A stretch of 64,000 nt of DNA from Octopus sinensis (taxonomy: Eukaryota). Made by a program: the position numbers and the translations under genes. The stretch covers positions 60,078,001 to 60,142,000 of the forward strand of contig NC_042998.1 of assembly GCF_006345805.1 (NCBI RefSeq). Reading direction: 5' to 3'. Shown piece after piece: positions 25,352 through 38,425 of this stretch. The stretch's first letter is position 1. Each line of letters begins with the position of its first letter. The notes beneath the pieces were generated by a model. The model did not search any database. It saw nothing but the letters and a program-made list of their open reading frames with translations, and was not told the DNA's origin.

Positions 25352-25567
25352 CGAAGCGACGAACAGACAGAATATTTACTGCATCGGACAAAATGCTTAG
25401 CTGCATTTCTTCCGTCTTCACGTTCAGAGTTCAAATTCTACCAGTGTCTACTTTACCTTTCATCCTTTCGGGGTCGATGAAATAAGTACCAGTCATGTAC
25501 TGCGGTCGATGTAATCGACTTGCTCTCTCCGCCCCAAATTGCTGGCCTAGAGCCAAAATTTGAAACC
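25352..25567 (+). mobile_element. SINE family A
   Basis: gagttcaaattct..catcctttcggggtcgat..ccaaaatttgaaacc. Confidence 0.75.
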
Positions 25568-26537
25568 TCTGTAAGTTTACCTGAAATATATTCATACATC
25601 ATTTTATGTGGTAACCAGAATGTTTCACTTCCAAGGCATTGCTGCAGGGTGTTTCTCTTCCAAGTTATTGCACTTTAGGATTCATATAAGAATCATTATG
25701 AAGTGAATGTTGAGGAGTCTACTGTCTATATTTACTTCCTTTTTGATTGGTTATTGTATTTACATATTTATTTACACGTTGTTGTTGTTTTTTTAATCAC
25801 ACACGACTATACGGTATTCAAAGGCCGAATGCACGAACATCATTCTTCCTCTTTTCCGCTCATTTCATGTTAGATAGGAGCTCTCAATATCACTATTTCT
25901 GTCATAATTTCCATGTAATGTCAGGATCGTGCACGTCTTAATGTGTATGAAGCGTATTTCTTCCACAGACTAGTCAAGTATTCCAAATGTTGATTTCAAA
26001 TTTTGGCACAAAGCCAGCAAACTTTTGATTTAGTCGACTACATCGAGCCCAGTGATCAACTGGTCCTTGTTTTATCGACCTCGAAATGGATTAATGGCAT
26101 ACGAAATGTCAATAAGTTTTTTCGTCCGGCGAGCTACATTAAAAGGAAAGTTTCCCAGATATTAGCATTGGTATTGGTACTGATATTGAATGGTGAGATA
26201 GTGTCTTATTGTAAGAGGGAAGTTCCGATTGCCATATCATCTTTAATCGTATATATCAGTCGTCGGCTAGTCTATATTTATTAACATCACAGCTGTATGA
26301 AATATTTTCACTAATACCACTCCTAGTGGGGAATAGGAGAGAAAGACAAGCCATCAGTGTTTTTCACTTAGGGAACAGTTTTTTCTTTGTTCAATATTAA
26401 TATTTCATTTGGTTATATGTATGTATACTTGTACGTGTGTATACTTATTCCATTTAGTGAAAAGATTTTTACAATATGTAAAACGTGTTTCTAAATGATA
26501 TTTAAATCCGTTATAAATGATAACGGTTCCATCAATT

Positions 26538-26581
<44 letters not shown>

Positions 26582-26654
26582 GAGTGTGATTCTGTATTTG
26601 TGTGTATACATAATCGTAGGTGTATATATATATATATAAACAGATAGATAGATT

Positions 26655-26719
<65 letters not shown>

Positions 26720-26777
26720 AGATATATAGATATATATAAACATATGTATATGCTTATACTTATATATATATACATAG

Positions 26778-26824
<47 letters not shown>

Positions 26825-27111
26825 CATATATGTATACATACATATATGTGTATGTTTAGTTACATATATATATACATACATACATATATGTATACATACA
26901 TATATGTGTATGTTTAGTTACATATATATACATGCATACGTATGTGTGTGTATATATGTATGAATGAGAATATATATATATATATATATATGCGCTTGTG
27001 TGTTGTGTGGCTGTGTGTATGAATGTAAGTATATATCTATCTATTTATCTATCTATATATATGTATGTATGTATATATGTATGTATATATATACATTCAC
27101 GTGAATATGTA

Positions 27112-27153
<42 letters not shown>

Positions 27154-27530
27154 TGACCAAGCACTTATAATCACTTTATACACCATTCAGGTGTCTACAA
27201 CATTTTTTTTTAAAAAGGAAGTCAGAAACAATTTTCTTCACAAGCAATCATATATAACTGGGGAGTATGTATGAAGTTTAAAATATGTTTAAACTAAGTG
27301 AAATTATAGATAATGGAAAATATAGACACAGCTGAATGTCTGCATATATACTTTAGATTTCGTTTTTACTACTGAACAAATTAAAAATATAAACAATTTT
27401 TGCGGACACAGTTCTCAAATTATGTATTCGCAGTCGCTTACTCTCTCGCTTTTTCCGCCTCATTCGTCGTTAAATACACAAACACACACGCACACACACA
27501 CACACACACACAAACACACATACACACACG

Positions 27531-27573
<43 letters not shown>

Positions 27574-27726
27574 GAACGAGTATTTATATGCATATATAAG
27601 TATAAGTGTGAATGAATGTAGGCCTGTATATGTGTTTTTGACTTCCTACATCATATATGTAATGCCTACTCAGGCACGCATACAGACGCACGCACGCACA
27701 CATATGTATATACCATACATACATAC

Positions 27727-27759
<33 letters not shown>

Positions 27760-27761
27760 CT

Positions 27762-27800
<39 letters not shown>

Positions 27801-27899
27801 GTATATATATATATATTGTATATATATATATGTATATATATATATGTATATATATATATGTATATATATGTATATATATATATATATGTAATATATATG

Positions 27900-27930
<31 letters not shown>

Positions 27931-27969
27931 GTATATATATATATGTATATATATATGTATATATATATG

Positions 27970-28003
<34 letters not shown>

Positions 28004-28008
28004 TATAA

Positions 28009-28410
28009 GTTAATCCAAAACATGAAAACACAAAGAGAAAACACAACAACGCGAGAACGTGGAACAATATAGTATTATTGAACGCCCAAGAAGGAAGGGA
28101 ACAACGAGGGTTCAACATTTCGAGCGGAGCTCTTCGTCAGAAACATAGGAAAAGGAAAGATCCAGAGAAGGGAAGACGGAGGGGAAAAAAATCGTCAACG
28201 GTACACACGCGGTCACATTTCGAATGACCGGAAGGGAATGGGTGAAGAAAAGTTCTTTCAAAGACAGGAGACTGCAAGAGGAGGTATGTGTGTGTAAGTG
28301 TGGATATGTGCGTGCGGGCAGGTCTGCGTGTATAGTCACGTATACATGACTATATTCGTGTATATTAATGTTTGTTTTGGTGGGTTAGTGTATAGTTTTG
28401 TAAAGTACAC
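28009..28410 (-). mobile_element. Hammerhead-bearing PLE 3'-end fragment (same family as 33595-34002), abutting (TA)n
   Basis: Its reverse complement aligns with 33595-34002 over about 400 nt. Confidence 0.8.
28110..28144 (-). ncRNA. Minimal type I hammerhead
   Basis: Minus strand reads GTTT-CTGACGA-A-GAGC(TCC)GCTC-GAAA-TG-TT-GAAC. Stem III is probably AACGTT altered by a C>T change. Confidence 0.7.
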
Positions 28411-28629
28411 ATTTATTATTCTTAAACAAGAATGCTTTTGATAGCTACATCGGAGTTTCGGCTAGGTAAGCTATCGTCGGGCTGTATAGCGAAGAGTAAA
28501 ATATATTTCAAACAAGAAAGCAAAGTAATAAATTAAAGCATCGTTAATGATCAGTTAGAAAGGTTTCTCTACCAGCTGTTTTCAACACCATTTTGTACAG
28601 AGGTTCGAAGTGAAAATTTACGTAATAAG

Positions 28630-28815
28630 GTGAAGGAGGAGGAGAAGAAGAAGAAGAAGAAGAAGAAGAAGAGAAGAAGAAGAAGAAGAAGAAAAGAAGA
28701 AGAAGAAGAAGAGAAGAAGAAGAAGAAAAGAAGAAGAAGAAGAAAGAAGAAGAAGAGAAGAAGAAGAAGAAGAAAGAAGAAGAAGAAAGAAGAAGAAGAA
28801 GAAGAAAGAAACTAA
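28630..28815. repeat. (GAA)n-rich polypurine tract
   Basis: About 185 nt of imperfect GAA repeats. Confidence 0.95.
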
Positions 28816-29004
28816 TGAAATGAAAAAAAGGGGTTTATATGGGGGAATGACAAGTAATCCTTCGATCGCCAATGTCGAATTATAATGGGTTGATTAAAAG
28901 TTGTTTCGATGTCGGAGTAGCGATAAAAAAATGACAAAAGGAAAGAATTGTGAAAGAATGGTGAAATATAAACAACAACGACTGTAATAATATTAATAAT
29001 CCTA

Positions 29005-29251
29005 TTTACTGTAGGCACAAAGCCTGAAATTTGGGGGGACGGGGCTAGTCGCTTACATCGACCCCAATACTCAACTGGTACTTATTTTATTGAATCCGAA
29101 AGTATGAAAGGTAAAGTCGACCTCAGCGGAATTTGAACTCAGAACGTAAAGACGGACGAAATGCCGCTAAGCATTTTCTCCGGCGTGCTAATGATTCTGC
29201 CAGATCGCCACCTTATAACAGTAGTAACAGCAGCAGCAGCAGCAGCAGTAG

Positions 29252-29313
<62 letters not shown>

Positions 29314-29492
29314 ACCACAAACAACCATAGAAATAGTAATAATATCCTTTTCTACTCTAGGTACAAGATCCGAAATTTTTAGGAAGAATGCCAGTCGATT
29401 AGATCGACCTCAGTATGCAACTGGTACTTAATTTATCGACCCCGAATGAATGAAATGCAAAGTCGACCTCAGCGGAATTTGAACTCAGAACG
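29005..29492 (-). mobile_element. Two family A SINEs separated by (AGT)n
   Basis: gtcgacctcagcggaatttgaactcagaacg occurs at about 29115 and about 29462. Confidence 0.8.
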
Positions 29493-30749
29493 TAATAAGA
29501 ATATCACTATCATTAGTAATACTAATAAAGATAATCTTACTAGTATTGTAAATGATAGTAGCAATAAGAATAATATAAAAGTTAATAGGAATAGTAATGG
29601 ATATAGCGATAACCATTATAGAGGGGACAGTTGGAACAGTTTCCTTCATCTTTTTCTTCTCTCCTCCCCTCTTATTCTGCTTCTTTACCTGCTAATCATG
29701 CTTCTGTCCACTCTGGCACAACTTCCAAGGTCATGTTTGTCCACCGACGTGGATTTTGCAGTGGAGAAGTGCGTGGAGATGATCAGCGAGAGTGAAGTGG
29801 AGTTCTGCAATGTCAATACAGAGAAACTGGGTCTCCTACTTAGACTGCCCCAGTAAATGCTTTAGAGGTAGCCCCCCCCCCCCACACACACACACACAAT
29901 TACGTCTATGGCTAGGAAGAACCATATAGAGAGATGGAGTGGTTGGACCAGAGTCATACGGATCCCCGAAAACGAATATCAAGTAATGAAAACGATCGCA
30001 CATGCACTAGGAGCTAGTATAAGAGTTACCCTAAAAGGCCATACGTTTAAGTTTAACAACAAAATATACACCCATGATGAGGAGGCAGCCATCGGGGTTA
30101 GTATCGCCGGTGATGTGGTCAACCATTCCATGGTATGGTTGGACAGGAGGCTTTCATGGTATGGTGGGACAGCACAGATTATAGGAGAGCGGATAAAGGA
30201 GCATTGGAGGAACGTAAGAAAGAGAAGAGCTTATCGGTTCTATACCAGCACGTTAAAATCTTGTCCACACAGAACATACGCAACGCTTAGACAAATTACG
30301 GAAGCTACACACATAATAGAAGATAAACCTAGCCTGAATAGAAAACTAGAATAGAACACTAGTACACACACCCACACACCACATCCTATGACAGAATAAG
30401 ATCCCCATCAACTAATAAAAATATGAAAATAATACAATACAGAGATAAATAAATGGAATTTAATAACTATATACATAAACAAAATGAACGAAATTAGATT
30501 AAACTAATAAAAAAAAGAAAGGAATGGAAAGAAGGTAGATATAAACAAATTAATAAAAGTAAATAAAACGAATGTGTATAAACAGGAGATACTGATAATG
30601 CAGGTACCACAACACATTCTCACACACACTAACTAAACACAGACACACACAGGGATATATGCATGCACAAATAAAGACACATACAACAGGAATACAAAAT
30701 GGCTGATCGTTAGTAAGGTGAGATACACATAAAAGAAAGAAGAAAGCAA

Positions 30750-30805
30750 AATACCACTGATGAGGTCACGGAAATATGACGAAAGAACTCTGACCGAAAT
30801 ACAAT
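30750..30805 (+). ncRNA. Hammerhead-like core in the PLE2 3' UTR (stem I not supported)
   Basis: CTGATGA at 30757-30763, with GGTCA/TGACC then GAAA at 30796, or GTCA/TGAC then GAAA at 30781. No convincing stem I. Confidence 0.35.
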
Positions 30806-31345
30806 ATAACATGAAGCTGAAGCAAGTTAACACCAAATAGATAGTGCATGTGTTTTCATTGGCTAAACTGGCAACATGACCATCCCCAAATACAACAATA
30901 TTTGTTTCAACACACGAATTCACACCAAGAATCTTTCAAAACGAATATATAAATGTATATATATACAATACTCAGATAGATAAATGGAATTAAATAACTA
31001 TACACATAAACAAAATAAACTAAATTAAATTAAAAGTGTGCTTGGTACCTTAATCCTAATTTTTCCCTTCTATCAATGCTCACAGAACATCTCAGTACAA
31101 CAAAGAATGCATAATGAGGCAACTTTTCTTAATAAATATCTTCCACAACTCAATATGAGCACATAACGTAGTACAGAACACAACTAACCTTTCAATTAAT
31201 ACCACTCATACATCCCATACACCATTCACATTACAGATCTATATCTACCCTAATTGCACCAAATCCAGAACTATTTACCTCCCTTTCACATAATCTTTTT
31301 ACTCAGGGACTAGTAGACCCGACATCGTTCGGTAATCGGTGTGCA

Positions 31346-31390
31346 TTCAAAGCACTGATCAGAATTTTACGAAACCGGTATGCTTTTGAA
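31346..31390 (+). ncRNA. Minimal type I hammerhead with a core G8C change
   Basis: TTCAAAGCA-CTGATCA-GAATTTTAC-GAAA-CCGG-TA-TGCTTTTGAA: 9-bp stem I, palindromic ACCGGT, GTA triplet. CTGATCA probably makes it inactive. Confidence 0.6.
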
Positions 31391-31692
31391 TCTCTTTAAC
31401 AATTCACAATAATGACTTGTATTACTTTTATTCTTACCTTCGTTCATCTAATTGTGTATATCTATCGTTACTTTTGGTAAAAAGCCTTAACATTTTTTGA
31501 TTTCCAATGTGCATTTCCGCTTATTTTTCTTCTTACTTTCTCCTTACATTTCCACGTGTCATATTTGCGGATTAAATTACCTGGTCTTATGTTTCTTCAT
31601 ATTGTTATTTTTCATCTTTTGTCTCAAGTTTCTCTTGAGCACTTCTAAATGCAAACCTTAATTTTGTGAAAGAATTTCTAATTAATCATATT

Positions 31693-31736
<44 letters not shown>

Positions 31737-32059
31737 GGATCTTATTCTGTCATATATATGTATATATATATATATATATAGACTCGACTCCGCCTGGAAC
31801 AGCGTTATATCTTTAATTTACAGACAACTATCCCCTACGGACTGAACACAACCCCCTTCCTCATAGTGACTGCTCCTACACCTCCCGCGCACAAGCAACT
31901 TTAATTTATTTTCTCATTTGTCATTTTTACTTCTAATTGCACCATTTATATTGCATTAACTTCCTTATCTCCTTTCAACCTTAATTTTTATATTTTAGTG
32001 TTTTTATAATTTTCTTATTGCTTATAATTAATTTATTGTTTTTATAAATTATTGTTTTT

Positions 32060-33760
32060 ATTTCTATATACACGCACACATACACACACATACGTACATA
32101 TCCACGAACGTACATATACCTCCCATACACCACACACAAACAACACACATACATGCACATATACACACACATACTTCCACACACATACACACACGCATAC
32201 ATACCCACCCACATACACCTACGTGCACACACCACACACACATATGCGTGTACACACACATAAACGTGCACAAACGTACACACACACACATACACACGTA
32301 CAGGAGTGCACAGATACCTATCCCACACAACCCCACGCACACACAGACACACATACCTTTAGACACACACACATATAAACGTACACACAACGACATACAT
32401 ACACATACTCGAGCACACTCGCATACACGCAACTAAATGCACACACAACCCGCATACATCACGTTCATGCTCACATATACACACGCACGCACATACACAC
32501 ATGCACACAGGCACATACACGCGCACGCACATATACAGACGCACATAATACACACACATATACACACGTTCATACACACACACACTAGCACAGGCTCGCA
32601 CATATACCTCCAACACACAATACACATACAGACACGCACACAATTATCCACACATGGGCAGAAACACACACGCACATACACGCACATACACACGTAAACA
32701 CACGCACACAAGCACACGCACACACATACACACAGGTGCGCACATATACGCCTACACAAACCCCACTAAAAATCCCCATACAACCCGCGCACACATACAC
32801 AAATTCGTATACACACACATACATATACATACAGACACAATATATGCAAACACACGCGCACACTTACACATACGCATACACATATAGACACAGACACCAC
32901 AAACGCACACACAAACATGCGCACACATACGAACGCACACACGCGCACGAATGCATGCATACCTAACACTCACAACTCCACGCATACACGTATATACACC
33001 CACATACGCACACACGCACACACATACACACGCACACATACACGCACACACAACAACACGCACATCCACACGTACACGCACACACACACGCACATGCATA
33101 CACGCGCAAATAAATGCACCTATACCCCCTACACAATCCCTCGTTCACACACACATGCACGCACAAAATACACATACTCACACATGTACACACGGACATA
33201 CACTCACACGCACACACGTGTATATACACACGCACATACATACACACAAACGCACACGCAAATGAACCCACACATACCTCCCATACACCCACAGCACCCA
33301 CTCATACGTACACGCACACAATAATACATACACGCACACATACGCACATACAAGCACACACGGACACATACACAAAGTAAAGTACAGTTACTCCCCAACA
33401 CACAACCCCTACGCATGCACACATACACACACGAACACACATACATACATACATACATACATACATACACACACACACACTACATATACATATACGCACA
33501 CGCACATACTGGAAACTACCAGTACCTTCACCTGACCATTCTCCTACGCACATTTGTAGGTAGACACACAACAGGGGCCACTCTTACTATAAATTCTTCC
33601 CATTACTTTAAACGATACTAAACCCAACCACACACATAGATAAACAGCCACAAAAACACACACACACATCACACAGACGCACGTGCTATCATTACACACA
33701 CACACATGCACACACATAGACCTGCGTGCACGCACATACACACACATACCTCCATCTCTT
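32060..33760. repeat. About 1.7-kb imperfect (CA)n/(CACG)/(CATA) alternating purine-pyrimidine tract
   Basis: Direct inspection. It generates the H/T- and C/V-rich spurious ORFs. Confidence 0.95.
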
Positions 33761-33875
33761 TGAAATAACTTTTTCTTCACCCATTCCCTTCCGGTCATCC
33801 AATATGTGACCATGTGTATATCGTTGGTGATTTTCTTTCTCCGTTTTCCCTTCCTTTGACCTTTCCTTTTTCTAA

Positions 33876-33910
33876 GTTTCTGACGAAGAGCTCCGCTCGA
33901 AACGTTAAAT
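33876..33910 (+). ncRNA. Minimal type I hammerhead
   Basis: GTTT-CTGACGA-A-GAGC(TCC)GCTC-GAAA-CG-TT-AAAT, with palindromic AACGTT and a GTT triplet. Confidence 0.75.
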
Positions 33911-34018
33911 CCCCCTTTCTTTCCTTTCCTGAGCGTCCCATAACACTATACTTGTTCCACATCATTGTATTGTGTTTTCTCTTTGTTCATGTTTGGTTTA
34001 ACATATATACTATATATA

Positions 34019-34061
<43 letters not shown>

Positions 34062-34164
34062 GCAAGTTGTATAAGAAAAACTGTTGTCCCATTTGGTAAA
34101 ATTTGTGTGGTGTATTATATAAATAATTAACTAACTAACGAACTAACTTACTAACTGCCATTTT

Positions 34165-34420
34165 GTTAGTTACTACGGCGAGCGTTCCAGTTGATCGTAT
34201 TAACGCAACACTCTGCTCGTGAAATTAACATGCAATTGGCTGAGCTCTCCACTGACACGCATATCCTTGATGTAGTTTTAAGGGAGAGTCAGTGTGACTC
34301 AGTAATTAACAAGGTCGGCCCTTTTAACTACAGGTACAACACATTTTTGCCAACTGAGTTGAGTGAAGCAACGTGAATAATATGTCTTGCTCAAGGACAC
34401 AAGGCAACGCCGATTTGGAT
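34165..34420 (-). mobile_element. SINE family C-related
   Basis: Reverse complement matches 22875-23180 (gtgtccttgagcaagac..tcacgttgc). Confidence 0.65.
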
Positions 34421-35029
34421 TGAATGGCTGAAAATATTTCTATGATAATTTGTACTAGATGAAGGACCAATTTTGCAAAGCAAATTGTATTAATCACACA
34501 CACACACACACACACACATACACACAGTACTACATACATAAATAAAAACAATATTTCATCCAGATTCTCCAATCCATATCAGCACAGGAAATCAAACATT
34601 GTATGGAAAGAACTGAACAGCGGTATAGATGTCAACACAATTATTACTTTTTCCTCTCTTCCTTCTTTCTTCCCTTCTCTTTTCCATTGACACTCCTTTC
34701 AGATAGACAGGCACCCGCACGTGCACATACTCACACACACTCCCACAAAACAATGATAAAAAAAATCCAGACAATATTTTGAGAAGTGACATTTTGATCC
34801 CCTTGAAGTGACGAGCTGGATTTGCCATTTCTAAAAGCCAAGAATCATTTACTATTGAAAGACTGAGCAGCTGCAAAGATTTCAACACATTTTTTCTCCT
34901 TTCTCTCCTTCTTCTTCCTTTCTTTCTCTTATCCATTAGCACCCCTTTCAGATACAAAAGCACACCCACAAACACACACACACATACACATACACTAACA
35001 CACACACACACACACACACGCTCTCTCTC

Positions 35030-35300
35030 TCTCACTTTCTTCCCATTCCTCACCTTCTTGTACTATCTTATATCAGTCTCCACCCTTACACACTCAATAA
35101 TATTATAAAAAGAGACAAAATTCCTGAAGAAGTTCAATCTGACGACTCCACTATCGTGGACGCAAGCACTAATATATGACTTATAAATACATGTGACATA
35201 TTAATAAATATCTGTAAATACAAAACCATCCAGATTTCTGAATACCTCATTTCTTCTAATATATAAAGCCTGCACATCATCCCCAAACCTTCTAATATAT
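35030..35300 (+). mobile_element. Family E (TA)n-associated repeat with a variant hammerhead-like motif at 35134-35179
   Basis: Homologous to 53660-53945 and, inverted, to 62560-62680. Contains CTGACGA-C-TCCAC(TATC)GTGGA-C-GCAA-GCAC-TA. Confidence 0.7.
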
Positions 35301-35303
35301 ATT

Positions 35304-35377
<74 letters not shown>

Positions 35378-35401
35378 ATATATATATGTGTATATATATA
35401 T

Positions 35402-35448
<47 letters not shown>

Positions 35449-35449
<1 letters not shown>

Positions 35450-35504
35450 GTGACAAAACTACAGAAGACTTGTTGTAACACAAGCCTTCTGTAGTTTTTT
35501 CACT
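35449..35504. repeat. Small hairpin next to (TA)n
   Basis: 24-bp arms with 2 mismatches and an 8-nt loop. Confidence 0.8.
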
Positions 35505-35559
35505 CCTTTTTTATTTTTTATACATCCAAACTCTCCCATATATATCTCTTTTACTCTTT

Positions 35560-36096
<537 letters not shown>

Positions 36097-36103
36097 GTGT
36101 ATA

Positions 36104-37626
36104 TGTATCTAAGTGTTTGTGAATTCATACGTGTATATTTGGATGTGCCTAAAATTGTCTTAGGTTTCGTGTGCGTCATAGTAGTAAATATCTATAGCTT
36201 TAACACCTCATTAAAAATATTTATCATTACACGTGTTTCATGTCTTTGCTAGAAATGGCACTTTACATTCTTAGGTGTTAAATTTAGTTATTTCGATTAA
36301 TAGTTTTTCCTACACAGAGATCTAGAGAATTAGTCTGCTAGCAAATATATATTTCATTGTGTTTCTGATTTTGATATTCATTTACAAGACAAAATTAGAA
36401 ATAAATTCCAGCTCGAAACAGAATAGATATTGTTTTTGTTTTTCTTTGTTTTGGTTTTTTTTTTTTTTGGTGTTTGGTTAGGAGCAATTTCATGTACATT
36501 TATCTAGGAAAGCTAAAATATTAAAAATATAATCAGTATATTTCAAGAAAGCGCTACATTTACAAATGTTAATCCGTCTCTAATTTACAGGAATAGAAAG
36601 ATTAATATTTACCGATTTAGCGTTTACTTAAGATGTGATGATCATACCTTTCGCAATCTTTCTTTTCCATCGCAATCGTAGAATGTGAATATAAAAAGGC
36701 TTCTAGCGAGAAACAAAACAGAAATAGTTGAATTTCGCTTATATATCATACTCAACTCACGTATATTACAACCAGGTAGAATTGTTAGAGCATTGGACAA
36801 AAATATTATTTTGTGGTATTTGTTACAGCTCAATACAATCTGTGTTCAATTTGTACCATAGTCGACTTCGTCTTTGTATCTAAGTGTTTGTGAATTCATA
36901 CGTGTATATTTGGATGTGCCTAAAATTGTCTTAGGTTTCGTGTGCGTCATAGTAGTAAATATCTATAGCTTTAACACCTCATTAAAAATATTTATCATTA
37001 CACGTGTTTCATGCCTTTGCTAGAAATGGCACTTTACATTCTTAGGTGTTAAATTTTGTTATTTCGATGAATAGTTTTTCCTACACAGAGATATAGAGAA
37101 TTAGTCTGCTAGCTAATATATATTTCATTGTGTTTCTGATTTTGATATTCATTTACAAGACAAAATTAGAAATAAATTCCAGCTCGAAACAGAATAGAAA
37201 TTGTTTTTGTTTTTCTTTGTTTTTGTTTTTTTGTGTTTGGTTAGGAGCAATTTCTAGGAAAGCTAAAATATTAAAAATATAATCAGTATATTTCAAGAAA
37301 GCGCTACATTTACAAATGTTAATCCGTCTCTAATTTACAGGAATAGAAAGATTAATACTTACCGATTTAGCGTTTACTTAAGATGTGATGATCATACCTT
37401 TCGCAATCTTTCTTTTCCATCGCAATCGTAGAATGTGAATATAAAAAGGCTTCTAGCGAGAAACAAAACAGAAATATTTGAATTTCGCTTATATATCATA
37501 CTCAACTCACGTATATTACAACCAGGTAGAATTTTTAGAGCATTGGACAAAAAAAATTATTTTGTGGTATTTGTTACAGCTCAATACAATTTGTGTTCAA
37601 ATTGTACCATTGTCGACTTCGTCTTT
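36104..37626. repeat. Recent tandem duplication, units of about 771 and 752 bp
   Basis: 36104-36874 is near-identical to 36875-37626, with scattered SNPs and small indels. Confidence 0.92.
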
Positions 37627-37817
37627 TTATGCGTCTGGGCTTTTCATTCAGCCACCAGGAATTGATAAAACCATTAATATTGTTATTACTATCATCATCA
37701 CCATTATTGTTATTCGACATGTGATAGTTTCAAATTTCTCTTGTATCATTTGCTACATCTCCATGTTGTTGTTGTTGTTATTGCTGCCCTTGTAGCAAAA
37801 ATACGAAAGTACTATTA

Positions 37818-38040
37818 TTGGCAGAAACGTTAGCGCGCCGGGCGAAATGCTTAGCGGTATTTCGTCTGCCGCTACGTTGTGAGTTCAAATTCCGCCGAGG
37901 TCGACTTTGCCTTTCATCCTTTCGGGGTCGATTAAATAAGTACCAGTTACGCACTGGGGTCGATGTAGTCGACTTAATCCGTTTGTCTGTCCTTGTTAGT
38001 CCTCTCTGTGTTTAGCCCCTTGTGGGTAGTAGAGAAATTT
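37818..38040 (+). mobile_element. SINE family A (well preserved) with (ATT)n tail
   Basis: tggcagaaacgttagcgcgccgggcgaaatgcttagcgg..gagttcaaattccgccgaggtcgac. Confidence 0.85.
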
Positions 38041-38117
38041 ATTATTATCATCATTATTATTATTGTTGTTGTTGTTGTTATTATTATCATCATCATCATC
38101 ATCATTATTATTATTAT

Positions 38118-38260
38118 GTTGGACTTTTACTTTGTATTTGTACAAGGTGGCTCCATGTCTCACCCAGAGACCTCAAGAGACAAGTTAGAAGTTCAAGTTG
38201 GTATTATGCCTAAAGTGTCATATATGTGGTTTTGCACATATATATAGGTAATATTGAAGA
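38118..38260 (-). mobile_element. Possible further R4-type 3' UTR abutting the SINE A tail
   Basis: Non-coding segment ending in (AAT)n on the minus strand, with the same polarity and context as the R4 copies. No coding evidence. Confidence 0.35.
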
Positions 38261-38388
38261 AACAAAAGACAAAGAGAGATATATGAACAACAAAAAAAGA
38301 GTATTAATTTGACTCGCGGAAAAAATGAAAAGGTATTTTACGCTTCGAGCATATGCTCCCTAACAGAAAGGAGTAAGAGAAAATAAAC

Positions 38389-38425
<37 letters not shown>

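Larger units (their letters stand above)
29730..31696 (+). mobile_element. Second PLE lineage (PLE2): internally deleted RT fused to a GIY-YIG C-terminus, long 3' UTR ending at (TA)n
   Basis: DVDFAVEKCVEMISESEVEF..LGLLL; IAHALGASIRVTLKGHTFKFNNKIYTHDEEAAIG..AG..MVWLD; then YGGTAQ..GERIKEHW..RQITEATHI..PSLNRKLE*. RT motif C is missing. A direct repeat of about 70 bp lies at about 30431 and about 30963. Confidence 0.7.
31781..34002 (+). mobile_element. Third PLE lineage (PLE3, Neptune-like C-terminus) with a 2.1-kb CA-rich 3' UTR and terminal hammerhead
   Basis: 31782-31904 reads TRLRLEQRYIFNLQTTIPYGLNT, the E..I..L.T..P.GLN end of a PLE endonuclease. (TA)n lies on both sides and a hammerhead sits at 33876. 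That the CA tract belongs to the element is inferred. Confidence 0.6.
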
